Below are positions 27,173 through 40,499 of a stretch of DNA of 64,000 bases, one piece after another. This DNA comes from Lytechinus pictus (taxonomy: Eukaryota). The position numbers were made by a program, and so were the translations under genes. The stretch spans positions 38,378,001 to 38,442,000 of the forward strand of contig NC_087252.1 of the NCBI RefSeq assembly GCF_037042905.1, written 5' to 3'. Position 1 is the stretch's first letter; each line of letters opens with the position of its first letter. The notes beneath the pieces were generated by a model that was not told the origin of the DNA, did no database searches, and worked only from the letters and a program-made list of their open reading frames with translations.

Positions 27173-27313
27173 TTATTCCTTTGTTGTTCTTATACCAGAC
27201 AACAGGATAGTCCCCCAGATCAGAAACTCGGCATTTGAAATGAGCATTACCGCCTTCGTTGACTCGAATCATAACTTGCACGTTGTGTGTGATGAAATAG
27301 GGCATTCCAGGAG
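27173..27313 (-). CDS. Ig-domain gene, coding exon 3: first half of Ig1 (PGMPYFITHNVQVMIRVNEGGNAHFKCRVSDLGDYPVVWYKNNKGI)
   Basis: B-strand Cys and C-strand Trp (CRVSDLGDYPVVW, lachesin/DIP-like). tttttcattaaag| acceptor, |gtaagt donor, 141 nt, phase 1-1. Confidence 0.9.
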
Positions 27314-30300
27314 CTTTAATGAAAAATAAGTACGAGAGGAAAATTGCTTCAATTAGAAAAAAGTCCATTAATCATATGAACAGCGAACACTGCATAAAGC
27401 ATGATTTCTTTTTTACTAAGGGATCTTTTCTTCAACTTCCAACATTGGATATAAATAACCTTTGGCGTTTAACATTATTGGCATTTTGAATGGCGTATTC
27501 TCCAAAAGGATATACACTTGGTATGGAAGTAATGATTGAGAGCTCAGCACTAGGCCTAATCTAAAATTGGTATTATTATTCTTATAACAAATTCCAAATT
27601 AGGGATTTTCAATCTTTATTTAGGAATAAAAATATCACTGCTCTACGTGGAAAATTCATAGAACCTCATAAGTGCAAGCGAAGGAAGTTCATTTCTTGCA
27701 AGAGTAATTCTTTCGCAATGTGTGACATTCTTAAACGTTATTTTTTTACAGTGTTTATTATGAAGAGAAATGGGTGGATATTTATTCAAATGTAGCCTTT
27801 CGCAGCAAGTGATTTCAGGAAAACTTAGAGATCTATTTACATTAAATTGAATGTTTATTTTTTATTTAGACATTATTTTCAGACTTATTTTTTTTTCTTA
27901 ATGGCTTGCATGACCGTCTCGTCTGGGGGGCTTCAGCTTAAAATTAAGAAGCTTATTAATTTAGTCATAATTAACTGTTGTAAACCATTCATCACAATTA
28001 TCGATAAAAAATCTAAAAAAACAAAAATATTTGTAACAGCAGGAACAGCAAATCACACGCACATAAACCCTAAAACTAACAAGCACATGCTAATCAAAAT
28101 TAAAGTTTTAAAAATAAGAGGAGTGAACAAAATATCTTTTGCAAAATGCATAGTAATGAATTCGATGGCAAGGAAAAAAAATCGCTGAAATCATATTATT
28201 AATGCAGTCATATCATTCCATATCAATATAATTCAAAGAAAAATGGTGAATTGGCTTCTTATGTGGCTACGTCTCTTCCCCTTTGGGAAGTGGTAAGTAT
28301 ATTGATAATTTTTTTTTAATAGACGAGCAGTTTTTCGCCGCACAGGTTTCAAGAAACCGTTTATTCTTGGTCGATTCACATTTGTAGGAGTAATGATAAA
28401 TCGTCAAATACATTCACTCGAGTGGCCATGCTTTACCATAATCTAGACATTCCATTAATTCGTGCATGTCGGTTCACTTCAATTACAAAACATGAGAGTT
28501 CACACCCACGCTCAACTCTAAATGATTGAATTAAAATATTTATTAAACTGCCCGTATTCTAAACTCCGGTTTACCATAAACCGTGGTCTCAATCCAAGGG
28601 CGTAGGAAGGGGGGTGAACCTCCACTAATACTAATACTTCTGGCTTCCCATAATTTCAGCCCTGGCTTTGACCATGGTTAAAGTTAAACGAGTACTCAGA
28701 ATTTTTTGGGCATTCAATGTGTTTCCATCTTACCCGATACTGGTCTAAATATAGGGGCTGGAAGGTGGTCGGACCAAACATTGAGCAATGGAGCAGAAGA
28801 ATGGTGATGGAATCAATGCAAATAAAAAATTCTTTGGGGAATCAAGCAAATAAATGTGATGGAATGGTCATGATTTATATCATACAACGCACAAACCAAA
28901 GAAACATATAAAAAGCCTCATGCAACATGCGCTTCAATCGCCACGCTAGAAGCAAAATCAGATAATGGTAAACAGAATACGACATCATGTGAAATATAAA
29001 CGATCTGGCTAAATTTTAGAAAAAGATACAATAACACAAAGAAAGTCATATATTAGCACGAAAACACAGACAGATAGGGATCGTACACGAGAAATAAGAC
29101 CGAAGAATAAATAATCGTTTGGCATATAAGGTGTCCGACCTAAAGAGTCTCTTTTCGATCAAACAAGTTTTGAAAACATAATATACCTAGGGGCCCGTTT
29201 CATAAAGGACTTGTTGTAACTTTGCCATTATGGCAACTACCACGATAACCTTGATTCTGATTGGCTGATGAGCCCTGTTACCATGGTAATTGCCATAACG
29301 GCAAAGTCACAACAGTGGTAAGTCTTTTGTGAAACGAGCCTCGTGCATATGCATCTAATGAATAATCATTTATTTATTCTTGTAATAAATCAAAAAATCC
29401 AATAATGGAAAAAAAATTGACGAGAAAAAAAGGAGGATCATCACTCCCATATAAAGGAATTGGGGGTTTCGGGTCCTTTTTTTTCTTGGATCCGCGTCTG
29501 ATTTGTTATAATTCTTTTACCAGTCGAATAAGTCTTGTAAATATCACAAGAGGAGATTTTTAAAATATTAAACCAAAAATTCTTCGAAAGTCACGGTAAT
29601 TTTGAGAACCTTAAACCCCTATTAGCTTTTTTTAGAAAACTGCCCCCGGACAATCCTATATTCACCACTTGTATCTGTTAGGCTAGTCAGCTGTAAGAGC
29701 ACATAATTATATAATAAAGTGGATAACAAAATATCATTTAATAGTTAATAGTGTTTCCGAGAAAGTGCTTGTCCTAAATCTTAAGTAGATATAAAGCTTT
29801 ATTTTGAAGAATGATATGAAAATATTCTTAAGGGGAAATATAAATGAATCGTGTTTTTTTTGTATGACTTAACAAAGGTATGGAGCCTTGGAAGTTATAC
29901 TATGTTGGTGTAAATTGAATCATTTTAGTATTTTAGTATAAAAGTATCATATCAATGTGTATCACGCATACGGGAAAGGAGTAGACATTTATTCCCAAAT
30001 ACTAACAATATCATCTTGTGATTGCTAGAATTAAAAACATGTAGTATTTTTTTTAGAATAAGGTAAATAGACACCACGTCAATTCATGAGTATATTTGTT
30101 TTACCACTTAGCTTAGCTTGAGTTAATTTATCACGTAATTCCTTCTTAAATTTACATATTCCATAATCAAGACAAAACATTTTTACGTGCTGTAAAAGAC
30201 AATTTTCCAAAAGTAGGTAGCCTAATTTAAACAGATATTGAGTCATTAAGCTATATCGAATATCAAAGGTAGATGCTTAGTCATTGTTTCATATAATGTG

Positions 30301-31139
30301 TATCGTAAAACGGTACACCATGAGGGGAATATTTCTTTTTAATATTCTTTATAATAATTTAATATTTTTAATATTTTTAAAAAAATAGAGTAAAATTCGT
30401 GAAGCAAAATGCTGAAAATTTCATCAAAATCTGATAACAAATTATTAAATATATTGTGAAAACATTAATATGCACATCGACATGAATATCCATTTGATGG
30501 ATTGATGATGTCACTTTCCCTTTTCTTGTGTTATTAAATGAAATCATAATTGTTTCATTGTTTCATTCATATTTAAATGATATGTTCCCTTTATAATGAA
30601 GTAGGTTGCACCAATTAATATATGATCCATTAAATAAGTTTTCAATCCAATGTTTTAGTTGTTGGAGGAAAATATTTGAATAAATCTAATTTTTTTATAA
30701 TAAAATACAAAAGAACAAGTGGGGATATGACATCATCAGTCTCTTCATCCTCATCCTTCCATCAAACGTTTAGAAATGTATTGCGAAATTTGAGTAAAAG
30801 ATAAAATGATTTAGGTTATCTTTAATAGAAAAAATAGAAAAGCCTGGAAGCAGACTATCATTTCACTTTGGTGCATATAATTGAGGTATGCATGTTGGAA
30901 AGATTAGAGGATATTATGATACATGTAATAGTACATAGGAACTAAATTACGCATCCTTATTAAAAATACAGGACCCACACAGGGACGTTTTGGTCTTGAG
31001 CTGAAGGTATTCATAGTGACTGCAACATATTAGTTGTAATGTGATTAAGCTCATCTCAAGTAGATATGAAAGTATTAATGGATATAGGAATACGGATGTT
31101 CGCAAGGAGTAATGAGGATTTATTCTTAATTCTACTTTA

Positions 31140-31432
31140 TCGGAGTTCTATTTCCCTTGAAACACTGAATGGCCGAACAGCTGATCTACTTCAGCTATAG
31201 ACTTTATGCATATGACGTCATAATCTTATAGCGCCCTCCCTCAGAGGACATACGAATACGCGTAAACTTAAGTTGTCTGAGATACGCCAGCTTCAGATCA
31301 CTAGCGCATGGAAGGCGAATGATTTTAGCATCTAAGAAGGGAGTTGGATGACGTGAATCCATAAGTTCTTTGGTAGAGGGCTTTAGACATCATAGTTTTT
31401 AAGCGCTACATAAGCAAGTATTATCATCATTC
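31140..31432 (+). mobile_element. SINE body and 3' tail remnant
   Basis: GC-richer body ending in an L2-type tail (..GCTTTAGACATC..AAGCGCTACATAAG..TATTATCATCATT). Confidence 0.45.
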
Positions 31433-33530
31433 ACTAAAGCAAATTTATGTTATTAAAATTTCAAGCATTATAAAGTTAATTGTATTTCTAGACAATAAGA
31501 AAAAAAATTCTTAACAAGGACATTGTAGGGGTAAATCTGAAGGAGATCGAAAAATAGACACTTTTTTCTGGTATTACTTCATAATTACTTCATAACGAAT
31601 TGTTGTCTTCATAATGTCGCCCTTAAAGGTAAGTCTTTATTTTAGTAGACCAACATATATTTTGTAGAAATTAAACAATACCAATAAAAATATCTTACAT
31701 GTTATGGGAAAATTTATCTGAGCAGGGTTGAAAACGTTAAACAAGAAGGAAGAAAGCATGTCTTAAATTGAACTGAAAAAAGATTTGAAACTTTCTTTGT
31801 TGAAATATAATGAATAAAACTGATAATGGTGTGATTGATTCTCATCGCGAAATATTATAATTCCTCTGATATTTTTCCATGCAACCATATTAATTTGATT
31901 TGAAATTTATTGCACCGCCTTTTGAATTATATGGTGCCAATTGGTACTGGTAACAATAATTGGTATCCCGGACTTGTCTGTAGTACGAAAAAAATCGCAT
32001 TTTTATCATAATCGAACTCAACGTGTGCACAGGTTAAGCACTCGAGAAAATAAGATTCGGAAGCTCACCTGAAATTATCTTCAGGTTTCAAAAAATCAGT
32101 GCGAATCGGTCAATAAACAAGTGTATGTAAAAATCTATTTCAGTTCACATAAGGTAGTGTTAAGAATATATGAATTCATAAGAAATGCATTTGAAATTTG
32201 AAAATATTTTAAATATATCCTGATTCTGTACAAAAGAGGGACACTTTTTTTACAATGAATCAAAATTTTAGGAGAGGAACTGCATCTCTCAAGAAATTGT
32301 TCAGTCATGTCTTTTGAGATTGTGAACACGTGCATTATACCGATAGGCACGCCTTCTCATCAAAGGTCTTTCTTGTGATATAGACCGTTTAGATGACTTT
32401 AAGGTCGCATTCGAAGGAATATGCTACGGATTAGCAGTACACCGCAAGTTGGGTTTAATTTTGCAGTAGTACTAAAAGTTAAGGAACGGCAATCTTACAA
32501 GAATTTAAAATGAAAGCGTTCAAGCATTAGCACTGAAATAGCAGTGAAAGTATTTCGAAAAGCTGATTCTATAAAAGAAGAGATAGATTTTCATTCAAGA
32601 AAAAAAATGCTTCCTTAAAAAAATAAGATAATATGAAGCGTTGTTACTAAGCAGTGAAGGACTAAAACAGTGCACGCTAGATAGAACAGTGATTGGGTGG
32701 GTGTTTCATAAAGCTGTTCGTAAGTTAAGAGCGACTTTAAGAACGACTGGTGATCCTTTCTTGTGGTAAATATGCACCATTCAATGTTCATTGGTGATAG
32801 CTTAGCGCGTAAGAAAGGTTCACCAGTCGTTCTTAAAGTCGCTCTTAACTTACGAACAGCTTTATGAAACACCCTCCAGGGTCTTGTACTGTTAAAGGGT
32901 CTTTTACTTTTTTTTTCATCTTGGTTTGTTTTTTATTGCATTTTTTTCTCCATAGGCAGCACCCCCAGGTATTCTGGAAGATGTGTATATCTATTCATTT
33001 ATTTTTATATTTTGGCTTTTCAAAATGACATCAGCACCCCCACTTTGAAAAATAATCGTTCCCATGGCCCTGCAATTAAACATGGGCACGAGTCACTCAG
33101 TATATGGCCCTGGGAAGCGGGGGTGCTGCTGCGTGTATTATTTTCCATAGGCAGCACCCCCAGCTATTCTGGTAGATGTGTAAAAATGGAAAAATCTAAC
33201 CAAAATGACCTTCGTTTTGTAGTGAAACAACCCCCTGGTTTTTTTTGTTGTTTTTTTTTGCTTTTTAAATTTACATCAGAACCCCCACTTAAAAAAAAAC
33301 GTTCCCAGTGCCTTGTATTAAAACACGGGCACGACTCACCCAGTCTGGCTATCACATGATATTTCAAAACATTTTCAAAACTCTCGTAAAGGTCTCTTTC
33401 CAAATACTGTGAACACAAAGTTATACCCCACCCGTGTTAACATTTCTATACTGTCAAAAATGTTTCAGAAGAGGAAAGAGTGAACTGCAGCTGAAAAAGG
33501 ATAAGGTATTTAAATAAGATTTCTACTCAC

Positions 33531-33602
33531 AATGTGGTTTTGAGGTGATTCCTAGGTACCAGGCGCTGAGATTAAATTCTCGATACATATTGCGTTGAAT
33601 TG
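33531..33602 (-). CDS. Ig-domain gene, coding exon 2 (72 nt N-terminal linker, (A)IQRNMYREFNLSAWYLGITSKPH)
   Basis: tacag| acceptor after a T-rich tract, |gtgagt donor, open reading frame, symmetric phase 1-1. Confidence 0.6.
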
Positions 33603-33661
33603 CTGTACTAAAGGCTTAATATTCAAAATGTAAAATAAAATGAACTGTAACGAAACACTAT

Positions 33662-33962
33662 GGCCCGTATTCTGAAGTCGGGTTTTATTCACACTCTGGT
33701 TTAAAGTTATGGTTTAACTATGGATAGCCAGTTGTGGCATAAATCTCTAACAGTATAATTTTTTTTCTCTCTTTAATCATTCTTAACCGTTCTGGAAGGA
33801 TAGATAAGATAGCTTTCTTCACCATTCACGAGTTTAGGAAAGAGCACGGTAAACATAAGAAATATACAATGTTTTGAAAGTTTTTGACATTTTTGGCTCT
33901 CCATAATATTAGCACAGAGTTAGATCATGGTCTGAGTTAAACCTGACTTCACAATAAGGGCC
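33662..33962. mobile_element. PIF/Harbinger-like MITE (related remnant ~28550-28705)
   Basis: TIRs GGCCCGTATTCTGAAGTC / GACTTCACAATAAGGGCC. Confidence 0.75.
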
Positions 33963-35174
33963 AATAAATCATACCATCAATTTTTTTTTCGCTATTGAGG
34001 TGAGAAAATGCAAGTTTAGTTTAATTGTCAAAACTAATACAAATTTCAAGAAAGTCCATATCACGAGGACCTTTGTCCTTAATGCCATATAATCCCCCAT
34101 CTGAGCAGGGTTCAAAATGGGTACACTCTAAAAACAAATCAGTCAAATATGACTAGTTAATAGGGTCAGCTGGGTGCAACTGTTATTCTAGTCATATTTG
34201 ACTATTTTCTAGTCGTATTTTACTAGAACAGAGTTATTTCTGACTAGAATATATGTCAGAAATGTGACTATCAGTTATTGCCAAATCAGTTGCACCCAGC
34301 TGACTACTGATCTAGTCAATTTGACTGATTTGTACCATGACATTTGCTCCGGCGTCAATTGTTCCATATACTGAAGGAAAGACCAACTTTACCCCTGGAT
34401 TTAAAACTCTGCCCTATCCTAAATCTAACATAAAACCCTAATGCAACCGTGACCCTAACCCTATATCATAGAAGAAATAAAGCCCGGAGCAATTGTCGGC
34501 GGAGAATATGTCGTGTCACCTCAAAATGAGGTGTATGTAGTGTAGACATGGTTGCAGGTCTATTTATCAAAACCATTAAAACTGTATAATTTGATTCGAT
34601 GCCGTTGGATGAAGTTTCATTTGTTTGTATCCTCAGTTATTAATCACGTTATACATAATGCATCTGGAGAAAAAAAGACCATCAATAAACCAATTAATTT
34701 ATAAAACATGTTAAAGCACTTGGTAACAATCAGGTAATTAATGAATAATTGTGATAATGGTAGTTTGAATAATTGACGATGAAACCTCTTGCTTCCAAAA
34801 ATCATCCCACGTTTGAAGTGATTCTGTATATATTATTCCATCAAGAAGGGTAAGGATTCAGGTAGCCCCCCTCCCTCAGAATCGAAAACCTCTTTGCATA
34901 TTGTGATAACAATCATGAAAATGCATGTAAAGTGTGCACCAAAGCACTTTTTCAACATAAGAATGCAAAAACCCGATAATATCTTTGAATATTAAAAAAA
35001 CGACGAAAAAGCATGTAAAGTGTGCACCAAGGCATTTCTTCTCAAGATATGAATGTCAAACCCGTTAATACCAATTTTGCCTCCCCCAACCCAGGGAAAA
35101 AGAAGTAGGCCATAAACCACCTTGATTATCAGTGGAATTCTCTTTTTGTATCAAGGACATAGTATACCTCCCAA

Positions 35175-35777
35175 GGTTACACTTCGTAATTCCGAAGGTT
35201 CGTAATTCCGAAAGTTCTTTATTCCGAAGGTTCGTAATTCCGAAACACGCAAATTGCCTATACCTCGATGTTCGTTAATCCGAAAACGTAAAAGGGTTCG
35301 TTAATCCGAACATTTGTGGCGTTATTCCGAAGGTTCGTTATTCCAAAGGTTCGATAATCCGAAAACGAAATAAGGTTCGATGTTCCGAAGGTTCGCTAAT
35401 CCGAAAACGAAATAAGGTTCATTGTTCCGAAGGTTCGTTTGTCCGAAAACGAAATAAGGTTCATTGTTCCGAAGGTTCGTTAGTCCGAAAACGAAATAAG
35501 GTTAGTTAATCATTTAGTTTTCGGACAAACAAACCTTCGGAATTACGAACCTCATTTCTTTTTCGGATTAATGAACCTTCATAATTACTAACCTCACTTT
35601 GTTTTCGGACTAACGAACCTTCGGAATTACGAACCTCATTTCGTTTTCGGAATTACGAACCTCATTTCGTTTTTGGACTAACGAACCTTCGGAATTACGA
35701 ACCTTCGGAATAACGAACCTTCGGAATATCCGAACCTTCGGAATAACGAAGCTTCGGAATTACGAATGTATGCGACC
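35175..35777. mobile_element. Small foldback element built from 16-bp tandem units
   Basis: (TTCGTAATTCCGAAGG)-type units on the left arm, their reverse complement on the right arm, switching near 35510. Flanks cctcccaa / ccgcccaa may be an imperfect TSD. Confidence 0.8.
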
Positions 35778-36413
35778 GCCCAAACGGCTTTTTGATCCTT
35801 TCTCTCCTTATTCACACACATGACAAAATACAGGTTATATCTAACGCATTCTTCATCACATGTTTTGCCAAAGGTATGAAAATGGGATATATGATTTCAG
35901 CTCTTGTATCTACATTATAACAATTTTAATAAGCGATTATCATACATGTCACATCGCTGACAGTGGTTTGTACACCCCGGCCGCAGTGGGTAATGTCAGC
36001 TCAATACGCATCTCTTTCCACGGCTTCCCTCTTTCTTTTTTCCTTTCGGTTGATACAGAACCCCTATGGGCCTTCTGCCCTTGAACCTCTAAACAACCTA
36101 ATGACTTATGAATTGTTTGTCACTTCCACCAGCCCCGTTGAAGGTCACTGTTGAAGGAGGTATGAAGGTTCCTTGGGGAACGCACAGAGGGTAGATGGAT
36201 TCAACCCTGATTGGTCTTAAATTGTTCCATGATATTGTTGAATTAAACGAAATTCAGACCTTGATGGTACAGATACACATACGAAGCGACTCCGGACCGA
36301 CCAAAGCAATTGCGCTCTTTCCAACGGCATTTTCATCTGTCGGTTTGAATTGGTTTTATTGTGTGACTGACTCACTGACTCAGTGTCTGACTGTAACAGA
36401 CTTAACACGTCTG

Positions 36414-36558
36414 GGGCCTGTTGCAAAAAGAGTTGCGTTTAAACGCAAGTCAAAATATCAAGCGCTAGTCCCAAATATGGGTGCCTGATTGGCTGAAAAT
36501 CAAGTTGCGCAAGATTTTTTGATTTGCGTCTGATCGCAATTCTTTCTGCAACGGGCCC
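36414..36558. mobile_element. PIF/Harbinger-like MITE (related copy ~2210-2356)
   Basis: TIRs GGGCCTGTTGCAAAAAG / CTTTCTGCAACGGGCCC; CTG TSD. Confidence 0.8.
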
Positions 36559-39500
36559 CTGATGACAGGGGCGGATCCAGCTTTTTATAAAGGGGGGGTT
36601 GGGGTGGTATGCGAGGGAGCGTAGCGGCCGAGTCCAAGCGAGCGGAGCGAGCGAGGGGGGAGGGTGTGGGAGGGGGGTGTCCCCCCTCCCACAGTAGGGA
36701 AAATTTTTGAAAATCTGTGTGTGAAAATGGCGTTTTCTTGCATCTAAAACACCACTCTTTTTGGTATAGAGGTCGTTGCCAAATTAAACCCCATGAAAAT
36801 TTGTAAAAAAAAAAGATAAGATTTAAAAAAATGGTCCCCGGATTTTTTTTTTTTTTGGGGGGGGGGTTGCAACCCCCAACCCCCCCCCCCCCCCCTCTAG
36901 ATCCGCTTCTGGATGAGGGATAAACGGGTGTGTGAGGAAATGTTGGCCTTGAATGAGGATTCGCGGACACGTATTTTCATTTTCTTTTTTATTGATTGAT
37001 ATTTTTTATTTACATGTATTTATGTGTTTATTCATTCATTTATTCATTTTTGCTTAATTGTGATTTTTGCAAGATCACAAACTTTTGACAATTTTTTATG
37101 TTCATCTGCATTATAGAATAAAGTGAAAATCCACCGCTTCCACGGGCAAATGCTAATGTCACACTAAAGAGACAAACTCCTTATCGATCAAAAGATACGT
37201 TATTTTCAATGGCAGAGGATTATCATTGGTCGATTTAGAGTCAGTTTCGTGGTTGTGACTGTAGTTCTAACGTCATTCACAGATACATGAAATATAAAGA
37301 ACTGACGTCACGGTAGTGATAACTAATAATTCTTATTCAACTGTTGATTTATCTTTTCGATCTCTTTCTTTACTTATAGCCTACTTACCATGTGATTTTG
37401 TTTAAAGACCTTCTCCTTTGCAATGATAATCGAAATATTGTGATTGAGTTATCTACAACTCCAACTTTTACTAATGTCAATTACGCTGGATTATGAACGC
37501 ATTGTCGCATAGAAATCATCATTGTATGTTTCATGGAAAGATGACGGTACTAATTACTATACGCCTGATGAGGCCAAAATTATTGGTAATGAGATATAAT
37601 AGATAAAAGTGCAGCAACTGCAAAAAAAAAATCTTGCACATTACAGCCTTTCCTCCTAGAAGATTATTCTTTCTTTTTTATCAGGATTATGGCTTTTCAC
37701 TTTAGTAAAGCGAAGTGTTTTAAACCTCTCAGTATCACTAGAAAGCTTTTTTGAGCCATCTTCTAAGGGCACATCACTCGACGTTAATAATATAGTCATT
37801 GGTAGAAACTTTTGTTTAAACCGTCCCGCAGTTTGGAATATTGTAGGGAAATGTTTCCGGAAACATTTTCAGCGAAGATCAGTACACGGAGACACAATAT
37901 TATCGTGAACTATTTCTACGACTTGTACATCGACCCGAATGTAGATATATTACTTCATTTTTTTTTGTGATTTTGGGGTGCCCCAAAAGTTGAAACTAGT
38001 ATGAGGATCGATATAACTCCTATGTCGACTAAGAGCTCCGACTAATTATCGGATACTGGACATCACTACCATATAAAGAATGGGTCAAAGTCATATATCA
38101 CTAGCCCACATAGTCATGTAGCAAAGTCATATGCCATACAGCAGTATAGGTTCCATTGAGAATTGTTCGTTGTTGTAAATGCTGTATGATAGTTTACTTT
38201 CGTATTTATAACAAACCGTGTGTTTCCTAGTCTTTCAGTTTTTGTGTGGCGATTGTGTGTTGCATGTTTCATTGTGAGCCTTTACCACATTACATATTTA
38301 GGAAGAAATACCGGAACACTAATGATTTGCTTTAATAAACTATAAAATAGATTTTTTTTTTTAAATTGAAGTTTTAAATCCCAAGTTAACATAAAATGAA
38401 CTTCGCACGTAGAACCAATTATCAAAAGAGCGTAAAATAATTACATACGCCCGGCTGGTAAAACGAAATGGGTCTTAGATCATGTTTCATTTTCTAATTT
38501 GCAGCGAGTATGTGGGACAATAAAACCACTTTTCAACGTGCAAGTCCATAGGTGGGACCATACTAAGGCTGTGTATATATAAATATATTCTTACACACAG
38601 ATCTTTGTGTATGTGCGTTGCCGAATCACCCATTTCAGATTTTCACTCCATGAAAGGCAACATCGTTCTGTAAAATCGTTCTGAAATTTATTACTAAGCC
38701 AACTTGGATAATTACACTCCATCTGCTTTTTTTTAAATATAATTAATGATGATCATGATAACAATGACAACAAAAATAATACTACTAATGATGATGATGA
38801 TGATGATGATATTAATAACAATAAAAATAAGAATTTTCATGATGATGTTGATGATGATGATAATAATAATGAAATAATTAGTATGATGATAACAATATAA
38901 TGTGTAAAATAATGTAGTTATGATAATCATCATTATATTCATATTCATCAGTGTACACTCGGATAGAGCGATGTTTTGTAAAATTAACTAAAAATTGTTT
39001 TTTTAATTCTTTAAAAACTCCACTTTTTTCCTTTAGTCGTCTGGATCACGTTACTAATTACTCTCTTCGACGATAATAACAATGAACAGTTTTAATATTA
39101 TTGAATGTATTATAGAGTTGTAGATAAAAACAATAACCTGTAACACATTCCAGTCATGATGCTATAAAGAGAATGGTGGTTATTTGTAAAAAAAAAATTT
39201 TACATATCATTATTATCCTGTCATCAGCAAACACAAAGATACATGCAATAAATATTCTTGAATGAGACACAATTTCCAGTGAACTAGATGTTATAACAAA
39301 GCACGAACTATTTCTAAGTGTTTAAAATATTTTAGCACACTACTACACGTACATATATATGCACACCAGTTAAATACACATTACAAATATATTAGTATAC
39401 GTGTATATTTATTACAGTACACTGATAATCTATACATTGCATTTCAAGGCTTGAAAATGTAACCACCCACTTCAAAACCTTTGATAAATCGGGCCAAAAA

Positions 39501-40499
39501 AATTATTGGTCAAAATGATGCCAATCGTAATCTAAAAATTAAATGTTTTAGATTTGAATACCCATTTCTACAGTATATTAGAGATTTTAAGCTGGGTGGT
39601 CACAAATTCATTATTATAAAAACGAAATTATGTCACACCGGCGAAGCCGCCTCCAGGTCGAACAAATATTTCATGTTAATCCAAATAAAGTGTGGTAAGG
39701 TCCCCCAAGTTTGCGCAGTGCAATGACCACAAACTTTACACATGCAATACATAGAAAGATGGTCTTTAAAAATCCAACTCAAAATGGTGGGGAAATAATG
39801 AATTTCGGGTATTTCATGTGACGGCCTCGAAACGCACCCTTTCTCATCAAAATCCCCGGATCGTGTGTAAACTGAATGGGTGGGCAGACATCGGGCACCA
39901 TTTTTCTTTCTTTTTTTTAAGTCTAAGAATGATTGGCCAAAGGGTTTTTTTCCCACGAATATCATGTATTTCTCTCACTTATTTTTTTATGTGAGATTTT
40001 TGACACACTTACTTCTAAGAATACAAGGTACATTATCTACTGAATTTGTTGGTGAAATAAAAAAAATATGATTTATCATAAGCTGCATTGTTGGGTGCGC
40101 AGACAGGAGGGGGGTTCATATATCTGATCGGCTTGGAGACTGCTTCACCCGTGTGAATTTAGCCTGAACAATAGACATACAATTACTCATAGTACATCTA
40201 ACTGCAAGAACACTTAAGGAAGTAATGTCGTACAACAAAGTAATATATACGGTATTGTTCATATTTGGGGTGGGTGGGGGATTAATTAGTTATAACATAT
40301 CTTTGACAAATGTAGGTCCTTAAAACACAATTCAATTTTGTCAGAAAATAATAATTCTTTGATGTAATTTGTTAGTTTCATTATAAGGAATCATAAAATA
40401 TATTTAATGGTAATTTGTCGCCTGACAAATCCCATAATATTTTACTATCCAATATAACCATAGTCAATATTATTTTATTCGAGCTCTTTATTTAAAAAA

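Noticed and set aside
35175-35777. CRISPR-like regularly spaced palindromic repeats
   Set aside because: No unique spacers, orientation inverts mid-array, no cas genes, and the context is eukaryotic.
37390-37545. Minus-strand segment ending in ATG|gtaagt as an extra coding exon of the Ig gene
   Set aside because: The required phase-1 frame has a stop a few codons upstream, and there is no clear acceptor.
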